A DNA stretch of 64,000 nucleotides from Azolla caroliniana (lineage: Eukaryota > Plantae > Polypodiophyta). The DNA lies in assembly GCA_043228905.1 (NCBI GenBank), contig JBHGNT010000008.1, positions 16,554,001-16,618,000 of the forward strand. Reading direction: 5' to 3'. Under the pieces are notes generated by a model. It was not told where the DNA came from and made no database searches. It worked only from the letters and a program-made list of their open reading frames with translations. Shown here in pieces: positions 24,228 to 44,607 of the stretch. The translations under genes were made by a program, and so were the position numbers. The stretch's first letter is position 1. Every line of letters starts with the position of its first letter.

Positions 24228-25180
24228 TTCATGGCATCATGGTCTCTACAATCATTAATTCCTATCATCTCGATTTGTGTTCTTCCCTAATTTTCTTCAA
24301 TGTCGTGGGAACATAATACATACTGACGACATTTTATCCTCTCTATGAGTCAATCTATATTAAGTACCACAACTGCCTTTGGAAACCATTCCGAATTTAA
24401 GCTCGCATGACTATGTGAATATTCTTGGTTGCAATATGCTTACCATGAGGGCGGTCTCTTACTTAAGTAATCTATACTTATCATTGGTGAAAACTCATCA
24501 TAAATTTGAAATTTAGTGATGGTGTCACCTATTCTCTATTATCACAGGTATAAGGTAAAAGCACGGGGAGTCCACTATATATAAGACGATTGTATCACGT
24601 GCGTTCATGACATGATTTATAAACCTGTGATATGTATGGTTTTTACTATTTTAGTGACCCTTTTGTAGAAAAAAGATTAATAAAGATACCCCTTACTACC
24701 AATATATTTTTTGATAACCACCCATTTTAAATACCCTTACGTATAAAATATATATGCACACATAGTTTCCAATCCTAGAAGGGATCAATGACCGCCTTTA
24801 CGATTGATGACTCACAAAATTATGAATGAACATTAAACATCATATGCAATTCCTAGAAATGCTTCATCAAGTGCTACATAGATTGAAAACACAATGTGTA
24901 AAGTACAAAGTAATGCTGACACAATTAGGAAACATTACGCAAAACAGTAGAGGTATAACATATATAAGCCACATATAAGTTTTTTTTTTAGTTTATTGAG
25001 ACATATGAAGAATATAGCGTGATAAAAAAAAATGTAATTTACAATAAAACAATCTTTAACTTAATATATATATCGCAAAGAGAAGACGTGGAACAATCCA
25101 AAATGCATATCAATAATGAAATTACTAACAAACTAACCTTATGTTTAGTTTTATGGATAGACTCATATGAAGCCGTAACA

Positions 25181-25384
25181 TTATTTTTTCTCTTCTTGTT
25201 TCCCATTCAAAATATTATTTTTTGTGTACACAAAGGAAAATGGTTCATAAAATATACCGTCCTCAATTATTTCAACTCGGATCTTTGCATATGTAAGAGT
25301 TCCTCTCACACTTACAACGCCCAAAGGTTTATCTTCATCATCCCTCTCATGTTCAAACACTTCAATAATAGATTCTTCATCCAT
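25181..25384 (-). pseudogene. Short protein-like ORF fragment of unknown function inside the DNA element
   Basis: MDEESIIEVFEHERDDEDKPLGVVSVRGTLTYAKIRVEIIEDGIFYEPFSFV...KQEEKK has globular-domain-like composition amid simple repeats. Confidence 0.35.
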
Positions 25385-25429
25385 TATCTACAAATAGAAT
25401 GACCCACCTATCACTTTTCATATAACCAT

Positions 25430-25689
25430 ACATCATATATATGTGTGTATGTGGTATTCATGTCTGATTTGTGTGTATGTATGTTCCATACATCGTATAT
25501 GTTTGTATGTGGTATGCATGTGTGTTGTTTGTTATGTTTGTGTGTGCGTATGTATGTATGTTCCATACATCATATATGTTTGTACGTGGTATGCATGTTT
25601 GTTGTGTTTTATGTTTGTGTGTGTGTGTATGTTCCATACATCGTATATGTTTGTATGTGGTATGCATGTGTGTTGTGTGTGTATGTATG

Positions 25690-25755
<66 letters not shown>

Positions 25756-25850
25756 TGTATATAGGTATTGTATGGATTGTATTGCATGTGTATATAGGTA
25801 TGTGTGTAATATGTATGTACATATTGTATTGTGTTGTATTTAATTATATT
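25430..25850. repeat. TG-rich simple repeat with three ~78-bp units and a (TG)n run
   Basis: gtatgttccatacatc(g)tatatgtttgta occurs three times; (TG)n at ~25692-25752. Confidence 0.9.
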
Positions 25851-26616
25851 TATTGTAAACTGGTTATAAACTATTTGCTAAGTTGCTTAGTTCTCGGTTA
25901 TAAGAGGTATTACCAAAGATAATTCATGTATCGCAAACTGGTTTTATGAGGGAAAGGAGTATTATGGATAATGTTTTTACATTTTGGGAGGCTACTACAA
26001 TAGCGGTAAAAAACAAACAAAACCTAGCCGTGTTGCTTTTAGATTTTGAGAAAGCGTATGATAAGGTTGACTGGAATTTTTTGGAAGGTACTATGGATCA
26101 CTTGGGCTTCAACACGGCATGGATTAAGGGTGTTTCTTGTATTTATAGAAATGCACATAGTCAGGTGTTGTTGGCAGGTGGAGTAGGACCTCGGTTTAAC
26201 ATTACTCGATCCGTCTGCCAAGGATGTCCACTCGCACCATTTTTGTTCCTTTTGTCTGCGGAAGCAATGTGTGTATTTATATCATCACAATCTATAGGCT
26301 TGTGTTGTTTGGCAATGCCAATCCATGGACAAGATATATTGGACTTAGAATTTGCAAATGATACTACATTATATGTGGGTGGGACTCTAACGAATTTGCA
26401 ACAAGTACAAGGGGCTTTGTCACAGTTTTGTATAGCATCTGGAGCTAAGTTAAATTGGGAGAAAACTGTTGCGCTTTGGGTGAGCAAGGAACCGCCGCCT
26501 TGTTGGGCACCGCATCATACTTTCCAATGGACTCAAAGAGGAGTTGCGGTTCGATATCTTGGAGTGCAGGTTGGGATTGATTTGGTTCCAGAATTACATG
26601 CTACACCAATACTATT

Positions 26617-32411
<5,795 letters not shown>

Positions 32412-34539
32412 CTATTAACTTTGAGGAAAAAGTTATTCTTGTGGAGCCATGCTAAACTATCTTTGGCCGGTAGAGTGATAGTTGCCAACCATGTGCTACT
32501 ATCTACGGTGTGGTATATAGCCTCATCTTGGATCTTTTCAAAATTGTGCATTGGACAAATTCAAAGGCTGGTTAGGAATTTTATATGGGCTAGGGAGGAT
32601 AAGAGTCATGTAAGAGTGAAGGTGTCTTGGAGTACACTGATAACCCCGAAGCAATATGGTGGTCTGGGGATTATAGATCCATTACACCAATGCATGGCCT
32701 TGTTAGCAAAGCTAATAGCTCGTGGCCTTTTACCAGGACATGCTCCTTGGAAGCAATTGCTTATGCAAAGATTGTATTGTTGTGCTCCACTGTTGGGTGG
32801 ATTATGGGCTGATAACATAAGGTGGATCTTTATACCAGACAAGAAACATGTTATGACTAGGAATTGGGAAGACAATTTTTTTAATGGTCTTCTACGAGCA
32901 TGGGAGCATGTACATAAAGGGTTAGAACATGGTGTACCAACATGTGAGGAGGAATACTTGAGACAAAACTTAGTGTGGAATCCGAATATACGTTTGCCCC
33001 CAGGGCACATGTTGGGGTCCCGTACACGATTGGATTGGGCCAAGCTCGATGTAGGTCCAGGAGCGTCCGTTGATGCATGGAAATCATTTCATACTCTAAA
33101 TATAAATGACAAATCAGAATTATTGTCTTCCTTGAGAGGGGGGCTGATTATGTGGGACCAGGTACAGTCGGTTTTGGGGCACTCAGCCTCTACGGTATGG
33201 TCCTTTAATCCTCCCAATTGGGAAGGAGCATTTACGAGGCTTCAAGTGCTAGTGGGGGTAAGGAGACATTTGTCTTGTGGACAATATCAAGACTATGATG
33301 TGGAGGAAGATGGCAGTATATGTAGAGCAACGATACAAACAGAGATATTGCAATATGCTACATTTTCTAAAATAAGGGTCCTGGCTTATGACGGATCTAA
33401 GTGGATCATCGACCCACAAGTTGAGGCAGTCAAGGAGCATTGGAAACTGAGAGTTTTTGAAAAGAAACCTTTGATAAGGTTGCAATGGGATCCGGGAGAA
33501 TTTTGGTGGAAAGATCCATTTGATCATGCGGGAAAAAGGTGTTGTTTTTTTCAATACTCAATTAAGATTGGACGACACATTTTGGTAGCTCAACGTAGGA
33601 CTACACCAAGAGCTAGTCAATTTTGGACCCACCAAGGGATCACATCCGAATTCCTAACAATGTTTTGGACAACATTATGGAAAAGGAAGCAAGATATGAA
33701 AATAAATGTCTTCCAATGGCTAGTAATACATAGAGCATTACTAGTTGGCCAATGGTTGCAACAATCAGCTGCACCAACCGCATGCATCTATTGAAGTTGT
33801 CAGATGGAGATATTGAAACATTGCTTGTGGGAATGTCATGTTGCACAACAAGTTTGGAGACGAGTGTTCCGAGTTCTTGCCTGTATGTTTAGGGATTGCA
33901 ATTTTTCATGGGGTATGGTAGTATGGGCTACAGTGGCACAAGTGATGTGGCCATATGAGGCATGCCCAAATGACACGATTATTACAATTCAAAGAGGAAT
34001 GATAATGGTGGTGCAACGAAGTCAAACGGAGGCTCCTATATGTTAGAGACAATGCAAGAAGTATGGGAGCTACTATGCACCGCCACAATGTGGTTTATTT
34101 GGACTGCTAGGTGTTCTATGGTCTTTGGTAATACTATTGTTCATCTAGTGGAAAGTGTACGGAATGTCTGGATGGAGATGGTACATACCTTGAAAGGGCG
34201 GTATGAGGATATTAAAGGTGTCGCAGATGTTGCAGTGCTACAACGTCTCGAATTTATTGCCTATTGGAAGAAGCCCCCTTTTCTCATAATACAAAATTCA
34301 AGACCTATATGGTGCTTAGCACCACCAGTATGGTTGTTCCCACCACCAATCACATAACTTGGTTAAGGAGTGGTGGAGTGTTCATACTATTTATCCTTGA
34401 GGGATGGGACCTAAGGAAGAATGCACCAGATCAATGGTAGCTTGATGGTAGGTCAGTTTTTATTGTAATAATTGTTCATAACTAATGAAAGGATATTTTT
34501 CGGGAAATTTTAAAATTTTAAAAAAATTGCATTTATTGT

Positions 34540-35932
34540 ATATATAGCTTATGTGATGTGTGTTATGTTTGTGTGTGTGTGTGTATGTTCCATACAACAT
34601 ATATGTGTCCATATGTGTATGTATATTCTACACACACACACATGTGTGTGTGTGTGTGTACATATTGTATTGTATGTATGTGTTATGTGTAAATGTGTAT
34701 ATATGTCAGTGTATATAGGTATGTGTGTATGTATGTACACATTGTATTGTATTGTATTAATTTCATTTATTGTATATATTGTATGTATGGTATGTATGGT
34801 ATGTGTGTATGATTGTATACGTTATGTGTGTGTGTGTGTGTGTGTGTGTGTTTATGTATGTATGTATGTATGTATGTACGTGAGTGTGTGTAAGTCTAAG
34901 AATTTATGTGTTGGTTTATGTATGATGTTTGTACTTATGTGTACCTGTAAAATATTTGTAGAGTAGTTGTGGCAGCCCCGACAAAGAATAATGGTGAGCA
35001 TACATTACGTGCACATACATACATACATTCATACTAAACATAACATTCAAACATTCATGTACGAATGTACATATGTGTATGCATATGTCATGTATGTAAT
35101 GTATGAGTATGTATGTCCATGTACGAATGTACATATGTGTATGCATATATGTAATGTATGTATGTATGTGTATGCATATGTAAATGTACATGATTCAATG
35201 TATATGGATCTATGATTGTAATATGTACATAATATCTATGTATATGTAGCAATGTATAAATGAATATATGTATGTCCATGTACGAATGTACATATGTGTA
35301 TGCATGTATCCATATGTAATTTATCTGTGTATGTATGTGTATTCATATATCCATATGACAATGTACATGATTCAAAGTGTATGGATGTGTGATTGTAATA
35401 TGTGCATAATATTTATGTATATATCTAATGTATGTATATGTAGCAATGTATAAATGAATATATGTATGTCCATGTACGAATGTACATATGTGTATGCATG
35501 TATCCATATGTAATTTATCTGTGTATGTATGTGTATTCATATATCCATATGACAATGTACATGATTCAATGTGTATGGATGTGTGATTGTAATATGTGCA
35601 TAATATTTATGTATATATCTAATGTATGTATATGTAGGAATGTATAAATGAATATAGGTATGTCTATGTACAAATGTACATATGTGTATGCATATATCCA
35701 TATGTAATGTATGTTGTGTATGCATATATCCATATGACAATGTACATGATTCAATGTGTATGGATGTGTGATTGTAATATGTGCATAATATTTATGTATA
35801 TATCTAATGTATGTATATGTAGGAATGTATAAATGAATATAGGTATGTCTATGTACAAATGTACATATGTGTATGCATATATCCATATGTAATGTATGTT
35901 GTTTATGCATATATCCATATGTAATGTATGTA

Positions 35933-36011
<79 letters not shown>

Positions 36012-37200
36012 CTGTGTGTGTGTGTAGGTGTGTAGGTGTATGCATATATCCATATGTCAATGTACATAACTCAATGTATATGAATGTGTGATTGTAATAT
36101 ATGCACATGCAATGTATGTATGTACATGCATGAATGTACATATGTGTATTATGTATATATGTAATATGTAATGTATGTATGTTTGTATGTGTATAGTGTA
36201 TGGCATATGCATATATGCATACATGAGTGTGTAGATGTTTGTTCGTAATATTTATGTATATATGTATGTATTGTAGTTTGTGATGATATGTATGTACATA
36301 TGTAACGTACGTATGTATGTGTATGCATGTATGTAATGTATGTAATGTATGTATATATGTGTATGGATGTATGCTTGTAAAACTTATAACATTGTAGGCA
36401 TATGTACGTATATATATGGTGATATGTGGAATATGTATGTATGTATGTGTATGCATATATGTATCTGTCAATATACATGATTCAATGAGTACGAAGGTGT
36501 TTGTAATAATATGTGCATAATATGTATGTATATATCCAATGTATGTATGTGTATGTATATGTATGTGTGTATGTGGTCATATGTATGTAAATGTATGAAT
36601 GTATGTATGCGTATATATGTAATGTATTTATGTATGTATATTTTTGGGATATTTTCATGTTTAGTATGTATATGGTTCGTATATGGATGTATGTTTGTAA
36701 TATGTACGTAATATGCATGTATATATCCAATGTATGTGTAAGTATACATATACCTAATGTGTGTGTGTTTGTAAGTATTGTGGTTTGTATGGTTCAGTAT
36801 AATCTATATATATGGTGATATGTGGAATATATATTTACATATGTAATATATCTATATATGTATTATGTATATATGTAATTTATATATGTGTAAAATTGTA
36901 TATTGTGTAATAGGTATGGATTATATGCTATGTAATATCTAATTTATTTATGTGTGTGTGCACGTGTATATATATGTAATATATGTAACTTGTTTGTAAG
37001 TATGAAGATTTGTATACATATATGATATAATATGTAGTCTTAGGTATTAATATGTATGTGTATGTGTATATATATAATATGTAATTTATTTTTCTGTGTT
37101 TTGTATGTATATATGCATTTGTGTATGTATGTATGTCATATGTAATTTTATTGTATGTATTATGTTACATGTATATATGTATGTCAATATATATGGTTGA
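34540..37200. repeat. TG/TA simple-sequence tract with ~180-194-bp higher-order tandem units (~35100-35930) and a (TG)n run
   Basis: Near-identical ORFs at offset 194 (35268/35462, 35343/35537); strong T+G strand bias. Confidence 0.9.
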
Positions 37201-37206
37201 AACTTG

Positions 37207-37875
37207 TCGGCAACGGTTCGGTTTAGGCTTAGCCGGTTTGGCCAGATCCAAGCCAAACCGGCTAAGCCTAAACCATTTACGGGATCTCAAACCTGAGCCG
37301 AACTGAGCCAAGCCGGTTCACAAACCGGTTTAGGCTAAACCGGTTTATCCTATACTGGTTTGTGAACCGGTTTGGTAAACGGCTTGTAAACCGGCTTGGA
37401 AACCGGTTTAGAAACCTCCCTCTCTCTCTCTCTCCCTACCTCCCTCTCTCTCAAATGATCCACTATATACTATATACTATATACTATACATTGTACAAGC
37501 TCTCCCTCCCACTTTCTCTCACGTTTGTGGTCTCGACTCTCTCCCCTCTACGTAGTCTCTCTCTCTCTCTCTCTCCTTATATGTTGTCTCCCTCCCTCTC
37601 TCTCTCTCCACGTCTGTGTAGTTCTCCCTCCCTCACACTCTCTCTCTCTTTCTTTCTCTTTCCCCTTGTCTGTTGTCTCTCTCCCCCTCTCTCTAAAGTT
37701 TATAAACGGCTTAAACGGTTTAGCTGGCTTGAGCTGGTTTGGCGAGGCTCAAGCCAAGCCGAGCCGAGCTCAAACCGTTAAGGCAAGTTCAAGCCTAAAC
37801 CGAGCCGAGCCGCCAAGCCGCCAAGCCGGCTAAGCCAAATGGTTTAGGCTTGAGCCGAGCCGTTGCCGATCCCTA
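37207..37875. mobile_element. Non-autonomous hAT (Ac/Ds-like) MITE with a damaged left terminus
   Basis: Right end ccgttgccgatcccta (TIR TAGGGATCGGCAACGG); left end tcggcaacgg; dense aaaccg/cggttt and gagccg subterminal repeats. Confidence 0.75.
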
Positions 37876-38086
37876 ATTCTAATATGTATGCAATATGTAA
37901 TGCATGTATGTATGTGTATGTACATATTTACATATGGTAATATATATTTGTACATATATTTATGTTTAGTGAAGATGCATGTATAAATGGGTGTAATGTA
38001 TGTATATACATATTCATGGATGAAATGTTTAAATGTACAGATATATACGCATGTGTGATGTATGATATATGAATGTAGGTATATAT

Positions 38087-41000
38087 TGTTAAGAAAACGT
38101 GAAGAAGGCACTCAGGCTCTTCTTATGTGCGCGGCGGATCGTGGTGTGCTGGATCGTTTGGTGCTCAAACACAAAAGGGAAGGGGGAAGGAGACTTACCG
38201 CTGTAGCAGCCAAAAACTTCTTCTATTTCACTACACGCAGAGCTCTACTTGCTCTCGTCTGTTTCTCTCTTTTGCTCTCACTCTCTGAGTTCTTCCTCTC
38301 TTTCCTCACTCTCTCTCTCTCAGAGTTCTACTTCTTGTGTTTCTTCCTTAGCTACTCTCTTACTTTTTACCTAAGTAATAAGTTACTTACGTATGCAGCT
38401 AATTAGCTGTCAGTCGCTAAATAGCTATCAGTAGCTAATTAGCTGTCAGTCGCTGAATAGCTGTCAGTAGCTAATTAGCTGTCAGTCGCTAAATAGCTGT
38501 CAGTAGCTAAATAGCTGTCAGTCGCTAAATAGCTGTCAGTAGCTAATTAGCTGTCAGTCGCTAAATAGCTGTCAGTAGCTAAATAGCTATCAGTCGCTAA
38601 ATAGCTGTCAGTAGCTAATTAGCTGTCAGTAGCTAATTAGTTGTTTCTCCTTTATGTTCACAAGTAGCTAAATAGCTACTATAGCTTATTTCCCAATAAG
38701 CATCACATACCATGTTGAGCTTGCTTCTCAACACTCCCCCTCAAGCTCAACTTATCCTTTCTTGGGGTTATCTACAACTTCTTTTCCATGATGCTTTTTA
38801 GCCATCATATCAGTGTCTACAACTCCCATCATGTTCCGAAACTGTGTATGCTTTTCCACACTCAATCCCTTTGTGAGAATATCAGCAACCTGCTGATTTG
38901 TATTCACATACACCAAATCAACTTCTCCTTCGATCACTTTTTCTCTAACAAAGTGATAATGCACTTCAATGTGCTTTGTTCTTGCATGGAACACTGGGTT
39001 TTTTGCAAGCTGAATGTTGCTGATGTTGTCACACCAGATTGTGACAATACCGTCTATATATTGTCCCAAATCAGCAAGCAATCTTCTGATCCATACCTCT
39101 TCACAAGTGGCTATGGCAGCTCCTCTGTACTCAGCTTCAGTACTAGACAATGCAACAGTAGCTTATTTCTTGCTACTCCATGAAATACCTGCACTTCCCA
39201 ATGTAAACATGTATCCACTTGTGGATCTTCTATCTGTTTGGCTTCCAACCCAATCAACATTTGTATATCCTTCCAGATTTATGTCCAAAATCAGCCCTGT
39301 AAAACAATCCATAGTTCTGACTAGCTTTTACATACCTCAGAATTCTTCTAATGCAGTCCAAATGCGGCTTTGTTGGCTATTGCATAAATTGGCTGACTAA
39401 TCCAAGTGCATAACTCAAATCAGGTCTTGTTATGGTCAAATAAATAAGGCTGCCCACCATAGACCTGTACATGTTTACATCTTCTATTTTGGCTCCCAAA
39501 TCAGCCCTCAATTTGTAGTTTTTATCTAGTGGTACTCCAATAGGTTTGCATCCAAGCATACCATACTTTTTCAACATAGTTGTTGCATATTGTCTTTGCA
39601 ACACACATATACCACTTTCAGATCTGATGATTTCAATACCCAAAAAATATCTCAGATCTCCCATATCTTTCATATGAAATTTCATTTCCAAATTTCTTTT
39701 CAGCTTACTTATTTCATCCATGAAATCACCTCCAATGATGAGATCATCAACATAAATCAGAATCACAACAATACAATCATCTTTCCTTTTAACATACAAT
39801 GATGAATCAACCTTTGACATTTTGAAGTCAAGTTTTTTCAGATAATCTGAAAGTTCTCTATGTCATGCTCTTGGTGCCTGTTTCAGTCCATAGAGAGCCT
39901 TTTTCAGCTTACATATAATCTGGATGCTTCCTATCTTCAAAACCTGGTGGTTGACACATATACACTTCTTCTTCCAAGTTACCATGTAAAAAGGCATTTT
40001 TTACATCTTCTCCTTCAATGCTTTTTCCATACCAGGGATTTTCAATCCTCTTATACCAAGAAGATCATCCAATGACATATCTGAATCCTCATCTTCCATG
40101 TTTTTAGACAAGTCATCCAACATTTCATACTCTAGCATTTTCTGTTTTCCTTTTTTATCATCACATTTTTTGTGTCCTCCACTTTTTCCACTCCAAGAAT
40201 TCGAATCAGATTTACCATCTGAGCTTTTTGATGGCCCAGAACATTCTGTTGATGTTGGACTTTGTTGTCCAACCTTGCTTCCATCTCTATGGCAGTCTTC
40301 TACATTTTCAGATTTGTCTTTGTCTTCAATCTCATTGTCTTCATCAGTCTCTGGATTCTATTTTGGACTGTACCAGTTGGCTAACTCATCAAAGATTACA
40401 TCCCTACTTGTCACAATCTTCTTTGTTACAAGGTTATAGCATCTATACCCTTTTTGTTCTTCTGAATAGCCAACAAAAATGCATTTTTCTGCTTTTGGAT
40501 CCAGTTTACTTCTTACTTCTACAGGCACGTGTACATATGCAAGGCATCCAAACACTTTTAAGTGTTCTAAACTAGGTTTCCTTCCATAGAAGCACTCTTC
40601 AGGCGTTGCTTCATGTACTCCCGATGTTATACATCTATTTAGAATATAATTTGTTGTATTCACAGCTTCTGCCCAATAGTACAATGGCATATTCTTCTCT
40701 GTCATCAAAGCCCTTGCAATGTTCACCAATGTTCTGTTTTTCCTCTCAGCAACTCCATTTTGTTGTGGAGTATATCTACATGTGAACTGTCTTCTTATTC
40801 CCTGATTGCATAGAAAATCAGAAAATTCATTGGAGAAGTACTCTCCTCCTCCATTAGATCTTAAACATTTTATTCTTGTACCTGCCTGCTTTTCTACCAT
40901 GCATTTAAACTTACGAAAACATTCAAACACTTCACTTTTCTCTTTCATGAAATACACCCATGTTTTCCTTGAGCAATCATCAATAAAAGTTACATAAAAT

Positions 41001-43268
41001 CTGCAGCCACCGATAGATGCATTCTTAGTTGGTTCCCATACATCCGTATGTACCAAATCCAACAAATTTTTACTTACATGTCATTCATGAGGGAATGGCA
41101 ACCTATTTTGCTTTCCATATTGACATGCTTCACATATCTTTCCCATTTCACAATTTTTCAGTTTTGGCAGTCCAGCAGCCACTGCATCTTTTCTCAACAT
41201 ATTCTTTAGGGTTTGCATACTTATATGGCCAATCCTTTTATGCCACATTTCCACATCTGAGACTACACTCATTCCATTTGCAAACATAGCTGAAATCTGT
41301 CTAGGCATGTCAACATCCAAAATAAACATTCTTCCTTGTCATTTTCCTTTTGCAATGAACTTCCCATTCTTTTCTATATAGCATCCACTTTGCTTAAACT
41401 CTACTTGCATACCTTGCTCTACTATCTGTCCAACAGAAATCAGATTCTTAGCAAGATTTGGAACATGCATTACATTCAACATATACTTAGTCTTTCCTTT
41501 TTCTTCCCACAATGGGATATCTCCAACATGTTCTATTTGGTGTGTACTATTATCACCCGTCTGTACATAGCCAGGAATATCTGGTTCTCTTAACCTTTCA
41601 AACCAGTTTGCATGTCCAATCATATGGTTAGATGCCCCCAAGTCTACGTACCATGTAAACTCTTCATTACATTTCTGTGAGCTTTCAGCCACTGCTGCTA
41701 TCTCATGTTGTACCACAAATGCACCATCTTTTTCACAATCTTCACTAGTTTGGGCATAATTATTCTGCTGTCTCTTTCCTCTTTGCTCATCATTTTGCTT
41801 CTTGTAACATTCAGCCTGTGTGTGGCCTGGTTTTCCACAATACCAACAACCATCATCATTTACATATGTTTGCTTACCTCTACCTTGGTTGCTCCCCCTG
41901 CCTCTGTTGTTGTTTCTTCCTCTAATGGTTTGTTGTCCTCTTCCTTGATAACCATCATTGTTGGTTCTTGCTGAGCCAAATCTTCCATGGCCTCTTCCTC
42001 GGCCTCTTCCAGCACTATTATATAGGGCTTGCCCCTCATTCTCAAGATTTCCTTTATTTACATCATCCATCTGATTCCTTTCTTCTACTACAAGCATTGA
42101 AACCAGATCTGGAAAGCTTGGGATACTATCCCTTGTAAGCATAGAGGTTTTAAAGCTTTTGTATTGAGGTCCTAAGCCTCTCAAGCATATTTCTATCTTA
42201 TCATCATCTTCTATCTTTACATTGATAGAAGCAAGTGATTCACATATGCTCTTTATTTTCAAGGCATACTCATTTATTGACATCTTACCTTTTTCTAAGG
42301 TATTTAGCTCAGTCTTCAATTGTAGCTTTCTAGCTTTTGTGTTTACTACAAACAGTTTTACCAAACTGTCCCAAGCTTCTTTTGGGAGCATAGCATCCTG
42401 TATGTGCCCAAGCATCGAATCTGAGATGCTAAGTGAGAGCCAATGCATTACCTTCCTTGCCCCTTGATTCCAGTCTTTTAATGCTTTAATCTGTGCTGTT
42501 GTGGCATTTTCTTCTGGGATCTCAAGAGCCTCTTCTAGGTCTCCTTCAATGTAATCCCAGTATCCTTTCCCCATTAGGAAATTTGTCATTCTAAATTTCC
42601 ACGCCGGGAAATTGTTTTTATCTAGTTTCTCTGTAACTATTTGGCCCGCATTCTCTGCAGCCATTATCTCTTCCAAACTAGGGTTTCTGCTACGATTACT
42701 TCAACAAGTAACTTTCTAATTCAGATCAGCAAATAGAGAAATACCGTTCTCAGATCTATGCACTTCTGTACTCTTCTTTATGAGCAACTCTGCTCTGATA
42801 CCATGTTAAGAAAACGTGAAGAAGGCACTCAGGCTCTTCTTATGTGCGCTGCGGATCGTGGTGTGCTGGATCGTTTGGTGCTCAAACACAAAAGGGAAGG
42901 GGGAAGGAGACTTACCTTTGTAGCAGCCAAAAACTTCTTCTATTTCATTACACGCAGAGCTCTACTTGCTCTCGTCTGTTTCTCTCTTTTGCTCTCACTC
43001 TCTGAGTTCTTCCTCTCTTTCCTCACTCTCTCTCTCAGAGTTCTACTTCCTGTGTTTCTTCCTTACCTACTCTCTTACTTTTTACCTAAGTAATAAGTTA
43101 CTTACGTATGCAGCTAATTAGCTGTCAGTCGCTAAATAGTTGTCAGTAGCTAATTAGCTGTGAATAGCTAATTAGTTGTTTCTCCTTTATGTTCACAAGT
43201 AGTTAAATAGCTACTATAGCTTATTTCCCAATAAGCATCACATACCATGTTGAGCTTGCTTCTCAACA
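38087..43268 (-). mobile_element. Element E: Ty1/Copia LTR retrotransposon with an internal deletion
   Basis: TSD tatat/tatat; LTRs 38087-38733 and 42804-43268; PBS gctctgatacca (tRNA-iMet); PPT ctccccct; gag-PR 41339-42676 (CWYCGKPGHTQAEC); INT 40358-41065; RT YVDD 39377-39820; RNase H 38752-39150; N-terminal RT deleted near 40008. Confidence 0.95.
38395..38645. repeat. 20-bp minisatellite in the 3' LTR of E
   Basis: About 12 copies of tagctgtcagt(a/c)gctaa(a/t), versus about 2-3 in the other LTR. Confidence 0.9.
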
Positions 43269-44522
43269 TATATGCATGTATGTGGTATGCATGTGTGACG
43301 TGTGTTATGTTCGTGTGTGTAAGTATGTATGCATATATTGTATTGTATTGTACATATGGAAGGTGTGTATATGTGTATATATATAATATGTACTTTATTT
43401 TTTTGTGTTTGGTTTGTATATTTGCATTTGTATACAATTGTGTGTATAATACTATATGTGTGTAATATGTAATATATAAAATATGTTTGTGAGAATGTCT
43501 ATGTATATATGTAATATGTCTTTTCTATGTATGTATTATGTATACTCCTTGTCAATATATATGGCCAATTCTAATATGTATGTAGTCATCCATATATGTA
43601 TGTGTATGTACATATTTACATATGGTAATACATATTTCTACATATATTTATGTTTAGTCAGTATGCATGTATAAATGGGTGTAATGTATGTATATACATA
43701 TTCATGAATGTAATGTTTGAATGTAGGTATATGCATGCATGTATATGTATGTATGTATGTATATGTATGTATGTATGTATAAATGCTACTTCAAATTTGA
43801 GTACTATTTGTATAATATATTCTTTACTATCTCATTGAAATATCTATTATTTCATGGGCTTATGTAATTCTTTTTTCTAACATAATTGATAATACCCTTA
43901 TGTAAATATAATCTCAAATCTTTATTAATACCTTTATATATATATATATATTCTATATCTCACTTATTAATTTAAACCCCTTTTGATGAACTCACGTGCT
44001 ATCATACAAGTTTTGACAGTGAAGCCCCCAGGGGTAAAATGAGGACGTTCCTAGACATACGCATTAGAGTTGATGACGTAGGTTCCTTGCGCATAGATCT
44101 GATTGCTCTTGAAATATCCTAACGCGGATAATTAAAGCCCCTCGCACGCCATCCTCGTAATCCCAATCTCCCCAATCCTTAGCTCTTATCATTTCCATTG
44201 TCGTTGTTTTGTGTTCTCTGCTTATGATCATCCATGTTGTGGGATCACAACACATGCTAAATGGCATTTTATCCATCCTCAAGTGTCGACCTATATTCAC
44301 TAATACACCACTTTCTGCAAATCCCAACCAATTTAAATTTGCATGACCCTATGAATATTCTCCCTCGGTCTCAATCTAATATGTGGATGGACTCTTACTA
44401 TCTAATTCATAGGTATCATTGCTATTTAGGAATCCTAGGTTAGAAAATTTGAGCTTCCCTCAGGCATCTTTCATCACTATCTATGGTAAAATAGGTGTTT
44501 CTCTGTGTAGAGCTACATATAA

Positions 44523-44607
44523 GGGTTGATGGCGCAGTTGGCTAGCGCGTAGGTCTCATAGCTCTTGAGATATCCTGAAGTCAAGAGTTCAAGCCTCTCT
44601 CACCCCA
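44523..44607 (+). pseudogene. tRNA-Met(CAT) copy with acceptor and T-stem mismatches
   Basis: gggttgat... and aagag/ctctc. Confidence 0.8.

Larger units (their letters stand above)
21055..24561 (+). repeat. tRNA-Met array, segment 3 (about four ~900-bp dimers)
   Basis: A heads at 21455, 22355, 23241, 24143; B heads at 21900, 22800, 23687. Confidence 0.95.
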
